A stretch of DNA of 64,000 nucleotides from Aplysia californica. Taxonomy: Eukaryota. The notes under the pieces were generated by a model, which saw only the letters and a list, made by a program, of their open reading frames with translations, was not told the DNA's origin and ran no database searches. Both the position numbers and the translations under genes were made by a program. The stretch is taken from the NCBI RefSeq assembly GCF_000002075.1, contig NW_004797279.1, positions 126,826-190,825 of the forward strand, in the 5' to 3' direction. Position 1 is the stretch's first letter, and each line of letters starts with the position of its first letter. This document shows, piece by piece, positions 1-11,625 of the stretch.

Positions 1-1174
1 TTATTATTATTATTATTAATATTATCAACATAATGAATTGTGCGCTGGTCTATGGAATCGAAAGTTGTCCTACTCTAGGCTAGGCTCTACACAGTAACAC
101 AACTTTTTTGCAAACTATCGAGATGACACAGGCGTGCATTTGGACGAATAAGTCTTTTTTTTGTTGTTGCACAGTTCATAATATTATTATGCAGGCACTT
201 CAGGTACCACGTGTTACTTCTCTTTATACATTACTTGCTCAGTGCCTGTAATCATTCATATACACAAAACCTCATGTTTGCTATAACGAACACTCTGATT
301 CAACGAAATTTTAGGTCAGGCCCGCCGGCCTCGTTGAATTCGAGTTCCACTGTAGTGCCTTATCAATTTAATCAATGTAATAAAAATGATCCTATTTGAT
401 AATCATTTTTTATTAGTTACAGGATATGTAAACGTAGTCCCCGCTTATAACAGGGTTTGGGTATAACAGGGACATCACGTCGGTCCCAGCAGTTCTTTTA
501 TAGCCAGAGCCCACGATCTGTGGAAGGCATGGGCTTGTCAGGAACTTGTGGGCTGGGTATGGGCTAGACTGCACATTTTGGGATCTCCTAGAGGAGGCGG
601 ATGTTGGTAGTAATGGTAGCCTACATGTTTGGCATGGTATTGTCAGGGACGTACGGGCAGGACACGAGATAGTCCATCATACCACTGTCCCCGTGGTTTT
701 ATGCACCCTGCATAATTTAGCAAAATTTGATCATTTTTGAATAATTTCTTCTTTTTTTCTCTTTATCATTCTTTGTTAAAATTGACAGAATCGCATAATT
801 TCACATTTTTGGGGGCTCAGTTTGCATAATTTCTGAATTTTTCTTGCATAAAACGACGAGGACAGATACCAGATATTTCTGATTGGTACGGGTATATATT
901 CCACGCAATACGTCTCTTGAGTATAAAAATTGGGTGGAGTGGATATGGGGACCACGCGGGTACATCAGAAACGTGCGGTCTGCATTCGGGATGGGCATGG
1001 GCGGAATCATAAGGTCCCCTTCCTTCGCCCATGAACAAAACCACTTGATGCAGACTGAAAATATCAGATGGAGCCCATTTGCCAGCTAGCGTCAGATCTT
1101 TGTGGAGACTGGGTTGTATTTTACCGCTTCTCTATACATGTATTGGGAAACTGGGACTTTTAGTTCGTCTTATT

Positions 1175-1560
1175 ATGACTTCTTCATCACCTTCACTTAT
1201 CCCGAAGTCTGACTGATCCTTGGGCACACTGTAGATTTAACACCAGCACTCCTCGGGGTTTTCAGCTTGCAGTAGTACATGTATGATGTTCCAGTCCTGG
1301 CCAGTCCACTCTTTTTTATGTTGTCTTCCCATCGTTTCCTTTATCTGTCTTTTTGTCCCCCAAGTTGTGCTGTTCCCTGTAGGATAGTACATGCATTGGC
1401 CAGTTCAGATGATCGTGTGACATGCGCCGATACTACATCAGTTTGCGTCTTTTCACTGGGAGTTAGGTCTTCGTTGGTTCATTCTCATACGGCCCATTGA
1501 CAAACTTGTCTGTTATCAGCAGTCATCTGTATGTATCATTTTTTTTGTTATTCAAACACG
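1175..1560 (-). mobile_element. Degenerate 3' fragment of an RTE-clade non-LTR retrotransposon
   Basis: Minus-strand translation across frameshifts gives VKRRKL..HVTRSSELAN..ILQGT...KRWEDNIK..WTG, the typical RTE ORF C-terminus. Boundaries approximate. Confidence 0.7.
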
Positions 1561-2812
1561 ATTTGTTCTGCCACTCGAGGAGACCATGTGGCAGAGCAGG
1601 TTAGGTCAATCTGTGTCAAAAAAGTCAATGAAAACCTGAAAGCATGCATGTTTGCTTTTAGACCTTTCTTGTATGGTATCTCTACAGATGTTCCTCCCAC
1701 TCAGCGACTCTGACTACTTTGTCCACTTGATTCTTAAAAATTCGACATGGGGGGGGACAGGGGACTTGTGGATATGGAGGGGGGGTAACTGGAAGAATAA
1801 CGTTATGATTTAGTAAAGCACCTTTTATTGGTGATTACTTCCCTTAATTTTCAAGATGACAAAACCATTAAAAAGAAAAAAAATTACTTATGTCTTCTAT
1901 TTTAACAAAATATTTGTTTTTCTCCACAAATCAAAATTGTAATTCTCCTTCGCTTGAAAAAATAAGAGAAACTCCTCAATCTGCAACCCGGTGTTTTGTG
2001 TTGACAAATTAATGTCAAAAGACAGAAAAAAAAGTATCTGATCAGAAGTGCTATTAATGCACATGGAGGCTAGTACCCAAGGTGAAACCTTCACAATCCT
2101 GGACGTTCTGCCTTCTCGACATCAATGGTATTCTGTCCCTACTAAAAAACCACCTTAAAAGATGAAGACCTAGTTTTCTCTCTCTTCACAAAGAGATCTT
2201 GCTCACTCATCACGAATAGAGTTGCAGCTCACAAAGCATCCAGATGAATTTTAACATCCCCATCAACACAATTAAGATCAATTATGAGTATGGTCTGAGG
2301 TGGATGTCTCTACTCCTGCCTCAGGACCAATCTGACTCAGGTTAAGTAAGATTCTGCACCCCAGAAGTATGAAGAAATTAAATAGCTTCCCTGCTTGAGT
2401 TAAACTCATGTCCTCTACATGCAACAGTGAAGAGCCTAACCTGTACACCACAGTTGTTGGTGCCCCCAGGATAACAGCTGTATTTTAACAAAAACAGGTC
2501 TATGGATAAAAGCAGGGTGACCTTATCTAGGCAACATGTAGCCCAAATAAGCACTAACATTACATAAATGTATACGGTATAAGTGATTTGTGTCTAGTTG
2601 CATGATGAATTTATTATGATAGTAATATAATACAGCAGAACAGCATAACAAGTCCCATTACACTTAGAAGAGATAAAAACATTTAGTAATATTGAAAATA
2701 AATAGAAAAAGTGAGCCAGACAACACTGACCAAGGGCTTTCCAATTCAAAAAAGCATTTAAAACTAAACAGTAGATGACAGTAAACAAACAGGAATGGAA
2801 ACATAAGACTTG

Positions 2813-2974
2813 TTTGTTTGTTTAGTATGGGGTTTTACGGCGCTCGCAACTGCATAAGGTCATATGAGCGCGCAAAACACAAGTTAGTTTTGTTCACAAC
2901 AGTTCACTGTACGGCTGGCTTGGGTCAGTAGTTAGATTTGTTAAAATCTTTTTTTAAATCAGTGTATATATATA

Positions 2975-3013
<39 letters not shown>

Positions 3014-4803
3014 CTAAAACAATTTTACTAGATAACATAAAAATTTTAAATAGTACAATTTCACTTTATAATTTGCCATAAAGGCCAATGGCCTTCATAA
3101 AATTCAAAATTCTGTTGGGACCAACGACGGAAAAAATGTCTTGCAATTTCATGCATTTATAATATTTCCTTCGGATCTCTCCAAAGTCCAGACATTCGGT
3201 TAAGATGTGGCTAATGGTAAAATCTGTGTTGCATTCGACACAGAACAGCTTCTCATCTCCTTGTAGGAGGTATTTGTGGGTCAGGGCCGTGTGTCCGATG
3301 CGCAATCGAGTAAAAATGACTTCGTCTCTTCTGGAGAGGTCCGAAGGATTTTGCTGTTCCAGTTTGGGTTTTATATTATACAATTTGTTATTTTCCTGTT
3401 TTTTTCCAATGGCTCCCCCAAAGATTGGAGGTGTACTTTTTTACTTTATTTTTAAAGTCAGTCTGTGGGAGAGTGTTTGTCGTTGATCCCAACAGAATGG
3501 ATGAGGCTTTCTTCGCCAGATCGTCTACCTGCTCGTTTCCTCGGATGCCCACATGGCTAGGTATCCATGCGAACATGATGTTTTTTCCTGTTCCAGATAG
3601 TGTATGAATTTTCTGTTGTAGCCTAACTATTTTTGGGTGTAGGAGTGTGTAGTTTGTGAGTGAGGTGATGCAAGACAGAGAGTCAGAAAGGATAAGGAAA
3701 GATTTGTTAGGAGAATTTTCTACGGAGTCCAGTGCCATGTCAATGGCAGTGGCCTCCGCAGAGAAAATGGAGGCTTCAGGATGGAGTCTCCTCTGGTGTG
3801 TACTGTTGGGAGATAGGGCTGCGGCGCCCACTTCATTGTCTTTTTTGGAGCCATCCGTGAAGATGAGCTCCGCACCGTGGAGTCTTTTGTATTCTGCTTT
3901 AAAAGTTTTGGTGCTTTCTTTGTTGTGTGTGGTCAGCTGTAAGTCTACTTTTGCCTTGGTGAGGTGCCACGGAGGGAGGTCGGGGAAAAGAACTTGTTGG
4001 AAGTCTTGTTTGGAAAAGTGTAAGTTTTTGAGGTCCTCAAGGATTCTGAGGCCGAAGGGTTTGATGAGCTTTTCGTTGTTTTAGAATTTGTTTATGGTTT
4101 CTGGGTTTGTTTTAAAAATGCAGTTGTGCGCTGGATTTTCTGGTGTTGAGCTCTGTTTAAATGCGTATTGTAGTAAGAGTTGTGTGCGTCTGAGTGAGAG
4201 CGGTGGTATGCTTGCCTCGGCCTGGAGTCTCTCCACCGGGGAAGTGCGGAAAGCCCCCAGAGCGAGGCAGAGTCCTTGGTTTTGTACTGGGTCTAGCATT
4301 TTCAGGATGTGTGGTTTTGCCGATCCATAGACTTGACAGCCGTAGTCAAGCCTGGACCGGACAAGGGAGATGTACAAGAGGAGAAGTCATTATTGGGACC
4401 TCTACGCAGTGCTGCAGACCCCGGAACAGGTACAGCTCCGGGCCGAACGCCAATCAACCCCTGGATTCAGACTCGCACTGTATGAGTGCCCGCGGGGGGA
4501 AGCACATCGAGGCCCACTTATGGAGAACAATGCGAGACCGGGCCCAGATGTACTCTGGACGAGGCCACTAGAGGTTGCCGCTTACCTAGACTGCCGCCCT
4601 CCTGACGGAGGCCAGCCAGAAAAAAAAGAAGAAGAAGGTGTTTTGAGTCCCCGCCCCACTCAGGATGCGATAGAATTTTCAAAGCGTTTAATGCTTTCTG
4701 GCACCTCACTCGAAGGTCTTTGATGTGTGGTATGAATGTGAGTTTTTTGTTGAATGTAACGCCGAGGAAACAAGCTTGGTCCTGGATGGGAATCCTTTCC
4801 CCG
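2813..4803 (-). mobile_element. 5'-truncated I-group (Nimb-like) LINE: RT C-terminus, RNase H, zinc-knuckle C-terminus; disrupted
   Basis: ORF pieces FLGVTFNKKLTFIPHI, LVRSRLDYG..VYGSA, RNase H (IFTDGS..SIFSAEATAI..LSDSLS..WIPSHVGIRGNEQVDDLAK) and RLRIGHT..C..C..HILTEC. Stops/frameshifts near 4081 and 3388. (AAAC)n 3' tail. Flanking 9-bp direct repeat TAAGACTTG at 2804-2812 and 4804-4812 (TSD). Confidence 0.9.
4387..4636 (+). mobile_element. Nested ~250-bp 5'-truncated retroposon inserted antisense into the LINE
   Basis: Interrupts the LINE reading ...GGDSKHLL|LLYISLVRSRLDY. GC-rich, ends in A8(GAA)3. Translates to ...LYECPRGEAHR...DVLWTRPLEVAAYL, resembling a non-LTR ORF C-terminus. Confidence 0.65.
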
Positions 4804-5653
4804 TAAGACTTGGACATTCAAAAACAAACTAAAATTAAAACAGAAAGAGCAAACACTTGCATTCAATCTGGTAAAAATGATTAGGTTTAATAGTACCAAA
4901 GACACTCTCTGTAGAAGTCTGCAAGCCAAAAAATAAAACCCAAACAAACAAAAAACAAATCAGGGAAAAAACAGATGACCCTAATCTCTGCTATCACAAC
5001 AGCACATGGTCCAAACTCTTCTAGTGACAAAGCATTTCTGCCATTTGTCTCATAGCATCACTTATCAAGCTCTCTGCCTCAACTGACAGGAAAGCAAATC
5101 ATAACGCCCATGACTGCCCCAGCAACAGGGTAAACTATCAGGATTGTGACAAACATCAGGTAAAAACAAAAGACACAAGAGTAACTATAACTATAACTAT
5201 TCCAAACATATCAGATGTATAGGTAAGTAATACAGCGAGACTGTATCAAATGTTTACAAACAAGGTCCAGTCCAGGGCACTGTAAAATAACAAGAAGTGG
5301 GGCTCATATCAAATCACAGTAAATTGCTCATGTCTGTCTATGGTAATTCATACAATATTCATTCACCCTTAATCTTAATAATATCCAAAGGAAAAATAAG
5401 CACCAGAGAGACCGAGCTACTTTAAAAGACAAAACACTTGAGTAAAACAATTGCTAAGGAAGTCACAGTCAGAACTTTAAAAAACATTCTTCTAAACATG
5501 TCCACAAAGAATAAACAATGCATATATCCCATTGCAACATTCATCATGCATCCAAACCCAATCAAAGAGAAGTTTAAAACAAGAGTATGTCATTTTCTGT
5601 CCCCATACGGCTTGCCTTTCAGATTCAGATCACTGTAGAAAGGTCAAGAGCAT

Positions 5654-5787
5654 TTAAGAAGCAGGTGGTTGAACCTTTCCTTGATTAGCCACTTTCGCTA
5701 CAGCAGCATTAACTTCCTCGTCTGTGGCCAAGTAGTAGTGCTTCACAGGTCTCAAATCTTCTTGCAGTTCATAACAAAGCGGGATGG
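5654..5787 (-). CDS. PGAM: Alternative (distal) duplicated last coding exon of PGAM
   Basis: Acceptor tctttttgtccag|CC in the same phase as exon 6236-6115. Open frame (A)[43 protein letters not shown]. Confidence 0.8.
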
Positions 5788-6114
5788 CTGGACAAAAAGA
5801 GGCAGCCAGATGAAGGTGAAAGAAGTATATTAGATAAATGCCATAGCAGGCACATCAACTAACATCAATTTGGTATCTTTTGTGAATGTGTCACAAATAC
5901 TAAAAATGCAGAGTAAAGAGATTCATAACATTTCCTTCATCCAATAAGGTTCACCAATTCCTAAAAAACATTAATTGTGACAACTTGTAAAAGACAGCAA
6001 AACTATCATTTTAGTTACAGACTTATAACTTAGAACATTAATTATTTTACAGCATGCAATAAGCTCATAGAAAGTTACTGCATTATTTTCTTAAACAAGC
6101 CTAGTTGAGAAAGC

Positions 6115-9100
6115 TTATTTTGCTTTTCCTTGGTTGGCCACTTTGGCCTGAGCCGCTGCAACCTCCTCCTCAGAGGCAAGGTAAAAATGCTTCACTGGAC
6201 GTAGGTTCTCATCCAGTTCATACACCAGAGGGATGGCTAGAAGAGAACGAAGAAAAACAAACTTGGAACAAAAAAACAACGATTTCAAATTTAACTCAAA
6301 ACAAAAAAGGCTATTTTAACACATATTGCCATAAAACCATAATCCCAAACATGAATTCAACAGGGATAATCAAACTTCAATCCCGAAAGAACCTTGAACA
6401 TTCTAACTTAACTTTAAAAGTCACTGGCAGGCCCATTTAATGAACACTTATAAAAAAAACCTTTAAAAAAAATTGTATTTAACTTTCCTTGACAAATGGT
6501 ATAGTCAGACGTGAGTGAATGACCCTCAATATTTTTCATAAAATGTATTTTTCAAAATAACTTTGAAATTAAACTTGGATATCTGGAAAAACTGCACTTA
6601 TAAACACTTCCATCTTGTAAGTCAGTCAAAGATCAATTTCGGCACATAAACATACCCTGCAGTTCCTAAAAACAGACAGGACAGCATCCCACAAAATGAG
6701 GTCATTGAAGAACTGTCAAACATAAGACTGTATTTTTTTTTTAAAACAGTAACATATTTATCCCAACATCCTTATCATTCCCACCAGCTAAAAACTAATA
6801 CAGAGAATCAAAACGAACAAGAAAACTTAAACATAAAAAATAACAAGAGAAAAATGTGAAGAGAAGCACTCACCGGTGGGGATGTTGAGTCCCACGATGT
6901 CTGTGTCAGACACGTTGTCCAGGTACTTGATGAGGCCCCTCAAGCTGTTGCCATGGGCAGAAATCAACACTCTCTTGCCAGACTGCCAGGAAAGAGTTAT
7001 TTTCAAATTTATGCAACTTCAGTGAAACGGCTGTTATTCTCAGAGTTATGTGGTTTCAATGAATGGAGAGTTTATTCTCAAAATTATGTGTTTTCAATGT
7101 TTACGCTCAAAAGTTTTTTTGTTTGAAGAAATATCCATTGACCAGGGTCTATACAGTTATGGGTGGGTTCTTTGCCTTGTATGCAAAAGAGTGAGTTAAA
7201 TTTTCATGTGAAGAATTTTCTTTTAACACTTAGAGTACCAAAGGCTCAAAATAGTGAAAACCCTTCAAGTACCGCATCAGTTCAGAACGCTGAAGCCATG
7301 GTAGAATTTTTTTTTATTAAAAAAACCTTGGAAGCCCAAGAAACACGCTTTAAAAATTAATAGAGGTTTATCAACCATTCAGCTATCATATAAAGTGAGT
7401 TCCTTTGGTATTTACTTCAGTGCAGTGCATCCATTCGTTATTTAATTACGTTTAGTGAACCTGGTTGTGTCGGTGACTAAAGTCGCCAGCGGTAGTGAGC
7501 ACATACTACGGCCTGGCAACTAAAGTCATCTTTATGCTTGGATGTAGTCCACTCAGCCCAAGATAGCCCAAGGTCAAAGCAGTTTACTCCCCATGTAAAA
7601 CATTTACAATCATGCAACTACCAAACTATTTCCCAGTGCTTACAGCTGGTCTTAAAAAAACTTCTGTCTCAACACAGTTCTTGACCTAAATTCATTGGAG
7701 GCCCATCTTCCTACTCCTCTGACTCACCCAAGGACAGTGTAGTTGCTGTACTTATGGCAAATAATAACTCTCTATCACACAAAAACATGGAAGCATTGAA
7801 AGTTGCTCACCCTTGATTATTCTGAATTCCCAGTCCGTTTCTTTTTTTTAAATCTCAAGAGGTACAAAAGAGCCATCTTGTTATTAAACCAAATGTATTC
7901 AAATGCAATACTCATGGCAGGCAAGGCATTGTCAGTTCCACAAAATATTTTTGTCCTTGTCCTCTAGATTATTCCTCCTTGGAAATAATATTATTTTCTT
8001 ACATAAAAGCATACTACAATTCTTCCTTCAATTTCCTTCTTTAGTATAATAAACACTGCAAGAAGAATCAGACAATTCATTATTAATTAAAACAAATTTA
8101 ATATTATTCACATAAGCCTGCTTTGAATCAAATCCCATCTACAATGTAAAAAGTAATTTGAGGAGGTTAATCACAATTGGGATACCCTAAAGAACATTTA
8201 AAACGCTAAAGCCTTCAAAGTAAATAATAAATAATAAATAGCATTTGTATTGCGCACGTCCGTACTCGAAACAAGCTCTATGCGTTTTACACTATATTAT
8301 TACCCCTGCAGACCATAGAACACTCAGAAACATTCTAAGCTTCCCAGGAAGCATACAATGCAAGCAGCAGGTTAAGCGCTCAAACACTAACAAACTAACA
8401 AGATCTTTCACTGTCTATAGCTGGGTACCCATTCCCACCTGGGTGAAGTGGGGAAAATTCGTGTAAAAAAAGTGCCATTCCCAAGGACACAACGTCGGGC
8501 CCGTGGCTCGAACCCCTGAACCAGCAACTTCACGAGTACGAGTCCGGTAGCCTATATCATTATGTTGTGGAGTTGTACATGCAGTTCACAGTGACTCAGC
8601 TTAATGATGACTCGATCTCACTACAAACGAATTAGGACACCAGTGGTAATACTGAAAAAAAAAGAAAAACTCCAAGGTGGTCCACTGCTCACTAGGAGGA
8701 AGATTCCAGGCCACAAACAGTGAGACACTAACCTTGATGGCAGGAACAATTTCATCATACCAGAAGGGCAGCACACGTGCCACAGTGTCCTTCAGACATT
8801 CACAGGCTGGGATCATGCCCTGATCCATATTCTGCGGGAATAGGTAACAGTTGGTACAGTGAATATGCTTACTAGACAATAGGGCAGGTGATGTAGAAAG
8901 ACTAAAAAATCTGTAACACGTAACACAGTGACATGACATAATACAATGCAATACTAGCAGTCTAAATTGTAATCAATATATCTGCTCATGCACTAAAGTA
9001 AAGGTTACCTTGCCACATGAGCACAGACCCGTCATTCCACCATACAATTTCCTAATATGATTTTTATCTTTCAGACTTGATATGCCTCTCCTCACTTTAG

Positions 9101-11593
9101 TAATCAACTACACAGCTTTACACATTTGCTACTTAACTGGAACTTGCAACTTTTTACAATGACCCATCTAGCTCAGTCCAATGGTCTTGGTCCATACATC
9201 TCAACAATATTTTTTTATCAGTCAAATTCAAAACAACCAGTTAAAAATTGATACCACACACTAAACATGTACCGATATATTATAATTTATCTCAACATCT
9301 AAAACGATGCCTTCAAACCTATCAATATATAATCCTAAAGCAGACCTGCCACTCTGAAATCTGAAATTTGGGATATAATGAGAGTAAAAAAACAGAATCT
9401 GGTGGAAAAAAATCGGGATCAACGGCAAATCAGTCCAGAGAAGGGAGTGGGTCCCCTTTTGTGGGGCAAGCATGCCAGACGAAACTTTTGCAGAAATAAG
9501 TCCATATTTGGGCCTTAAAGTAGAAGAAAAAACTGAAAGAAAGCATGTATGCGAGTAAAGAGTTGGAAAGACTAGGGGATAGCAGGTTGCAGTGATGCTG
9601 ACATTCTCATAGTCTTACACATAACCCGAATCATCCATGCAATAGGCGCATGTCTTCATTCAGTAACAAAGTTTGACTTCAATCGCGAATATACTCAAGG
9701 CACTCCCCTCCCCCCCCCCCGCCAAAAAAAATCGTGCCATCCTGCACAGCACAGACCCTAGCTCCAATCAAATCTAAAATTTGGTTCCAAGGTTGTGTAA
9801 AATATTTATTTATTACTTGCTCCTTTAGCCTCAATAAGTAGGTGTATCACGTCAAGCACTTCAAGCCCAAGTGTCTGAAAATACCCTCCCCCGGGTCGTT
9901 CCACACTTAAGTCCCAAAAGACACCTCTACCAAGGCCACCATTGTGAAAGAATTTTGCTGACCGTGACAACCAACGGTCCACAGAACAAGCGCTACTCAC
10001 ATGAGGTCATGTCACGTGATGCGAATGAGCGTTTGAAAGTTTCACTGATGGTCTCGACTAACAAGAACTTGGACGAAGCCTGTTTTTAAAGCAACGGCAG
10101 AACAACGGATAACATTGATTATTTTTTAGACCTACATATTATATATAATTGTTACAGTAATCAAGTCATCATCGAAGAATCCTGGGTAACAAAAGCGAAA
10201 GTAGATCTTGAAAGTATCCAAGCTGGAATTCAAAATCAATAATACTTCGGTTCAAATTGAAATAACATGCGTGAGTCAACTACTGGATCCGGTATTGATG
10301 TTTTAGAATATAGCGTTCTAAGTTCCTACTGATAAAAAGTCAAATCAATTCTCTCAAGCAAAAGAGAAAGCAGAAAAAAATGTTGGATTCTTTTTTTCTA
10401 AGAATCGGACACAACAGACGCAACAACAAAAAAATCAGGATACACACTTTCGAAATCGGGGAAAATCAGGATGCTTGAGATTTGGAGCAAAAAATTGGGA
10501 AATCCCGATTAAATCGGGATGAGTGGCAGACTGTTAATTATATAAAACACACTCAAAAGAAAATAATCATAAACTTACTTGAAACTGCTTCATTTTTCCA
10601 GACCAGCGTTCGTCTGTGGGTTCCAGAGCAGGGGGTGGAATATCATAAGAACGTCTCCAGATCTGTCATTGACAGACAAGACAAATTAGAGCTTAAAATT
10701 TTTTTAGTCATTTGTTCAGGTTAGATTTGTTTCTTCACAATAGGTAGGTAAAAAAGGGTGATATGGGCAAAATCATGTCTTTAGAGAATCTTCATTCCTG
10801 AAATCAGGCACTAAAAAGATTGCACAAAACTACAATTACTTGAGCAAACAAGTGATTTTTGCCCTGCCTACTACTAGTACTTAAGTATTCAAGTGCAAAG
10901 ACTTCAACGTTCACACACTCTTGTCACAGGAACAGCACTACATACCTTTACTTGATCTTCTCCATACTTTGCAGCAGTCTCAGATTTATTCAGTCCCTGA
11001 AGACCTCCATAGTGACGCTCATTGAGACGCCAGGATCGGATCACAGGGAGGTAGTGAGCATCCAGCTCCTCCTGAATCAGGTACAGAGTCTTGATGGCCC
11101 TCTTCAGAACACTTGTGAAGGCAAGGTCGAACTCAAAGCCTTGTTTCTTCAAGAGCTAAGGGACACAAAAAGAGAAATCATGAGTATCTAATACTAATAG
11201 TGCAGTAGTATAATGGAAAGAGGTGTATGCATACCAGTGTGATGATGGACAGAACCCTCTATGTTATAACAATATATTTTTTAAAATCACAGGCGGGGTT
11301 AAAGACGGTCTATCTTTCATTTTCTCCTTCTAGATCAACTCTATTGGGGCACCATTGTTAATCACTGCAGCTTCATTCTGGTATCAATTATTACAGAAAC
11401 TTTTGACATAACAGCAAGGCCGTCGTTATTCGGACTCGAGTCCGAATAACATTTTTTCATATTCGGACTCGAGTCCGAATAAAAAAAATTCTTATTCGGA
11501 CTCATGATATTCGGACTCGGGTCCGGAAAAAAGGAAGTGTCTTCGTTCTATAGTTCTAACGTTCAATGCTTCCAATTTTCCGCCATTTTTTAG

Positions 11594-11625
<32 letters not shown>

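Noticed and set aside
2441-2477. Possible 37-nt minus-strand mini-exon (CYPGGTNNCGVQ) with AG/GT borders
   Set aside because: No recognisable homology and no partner exons found; could be chance.
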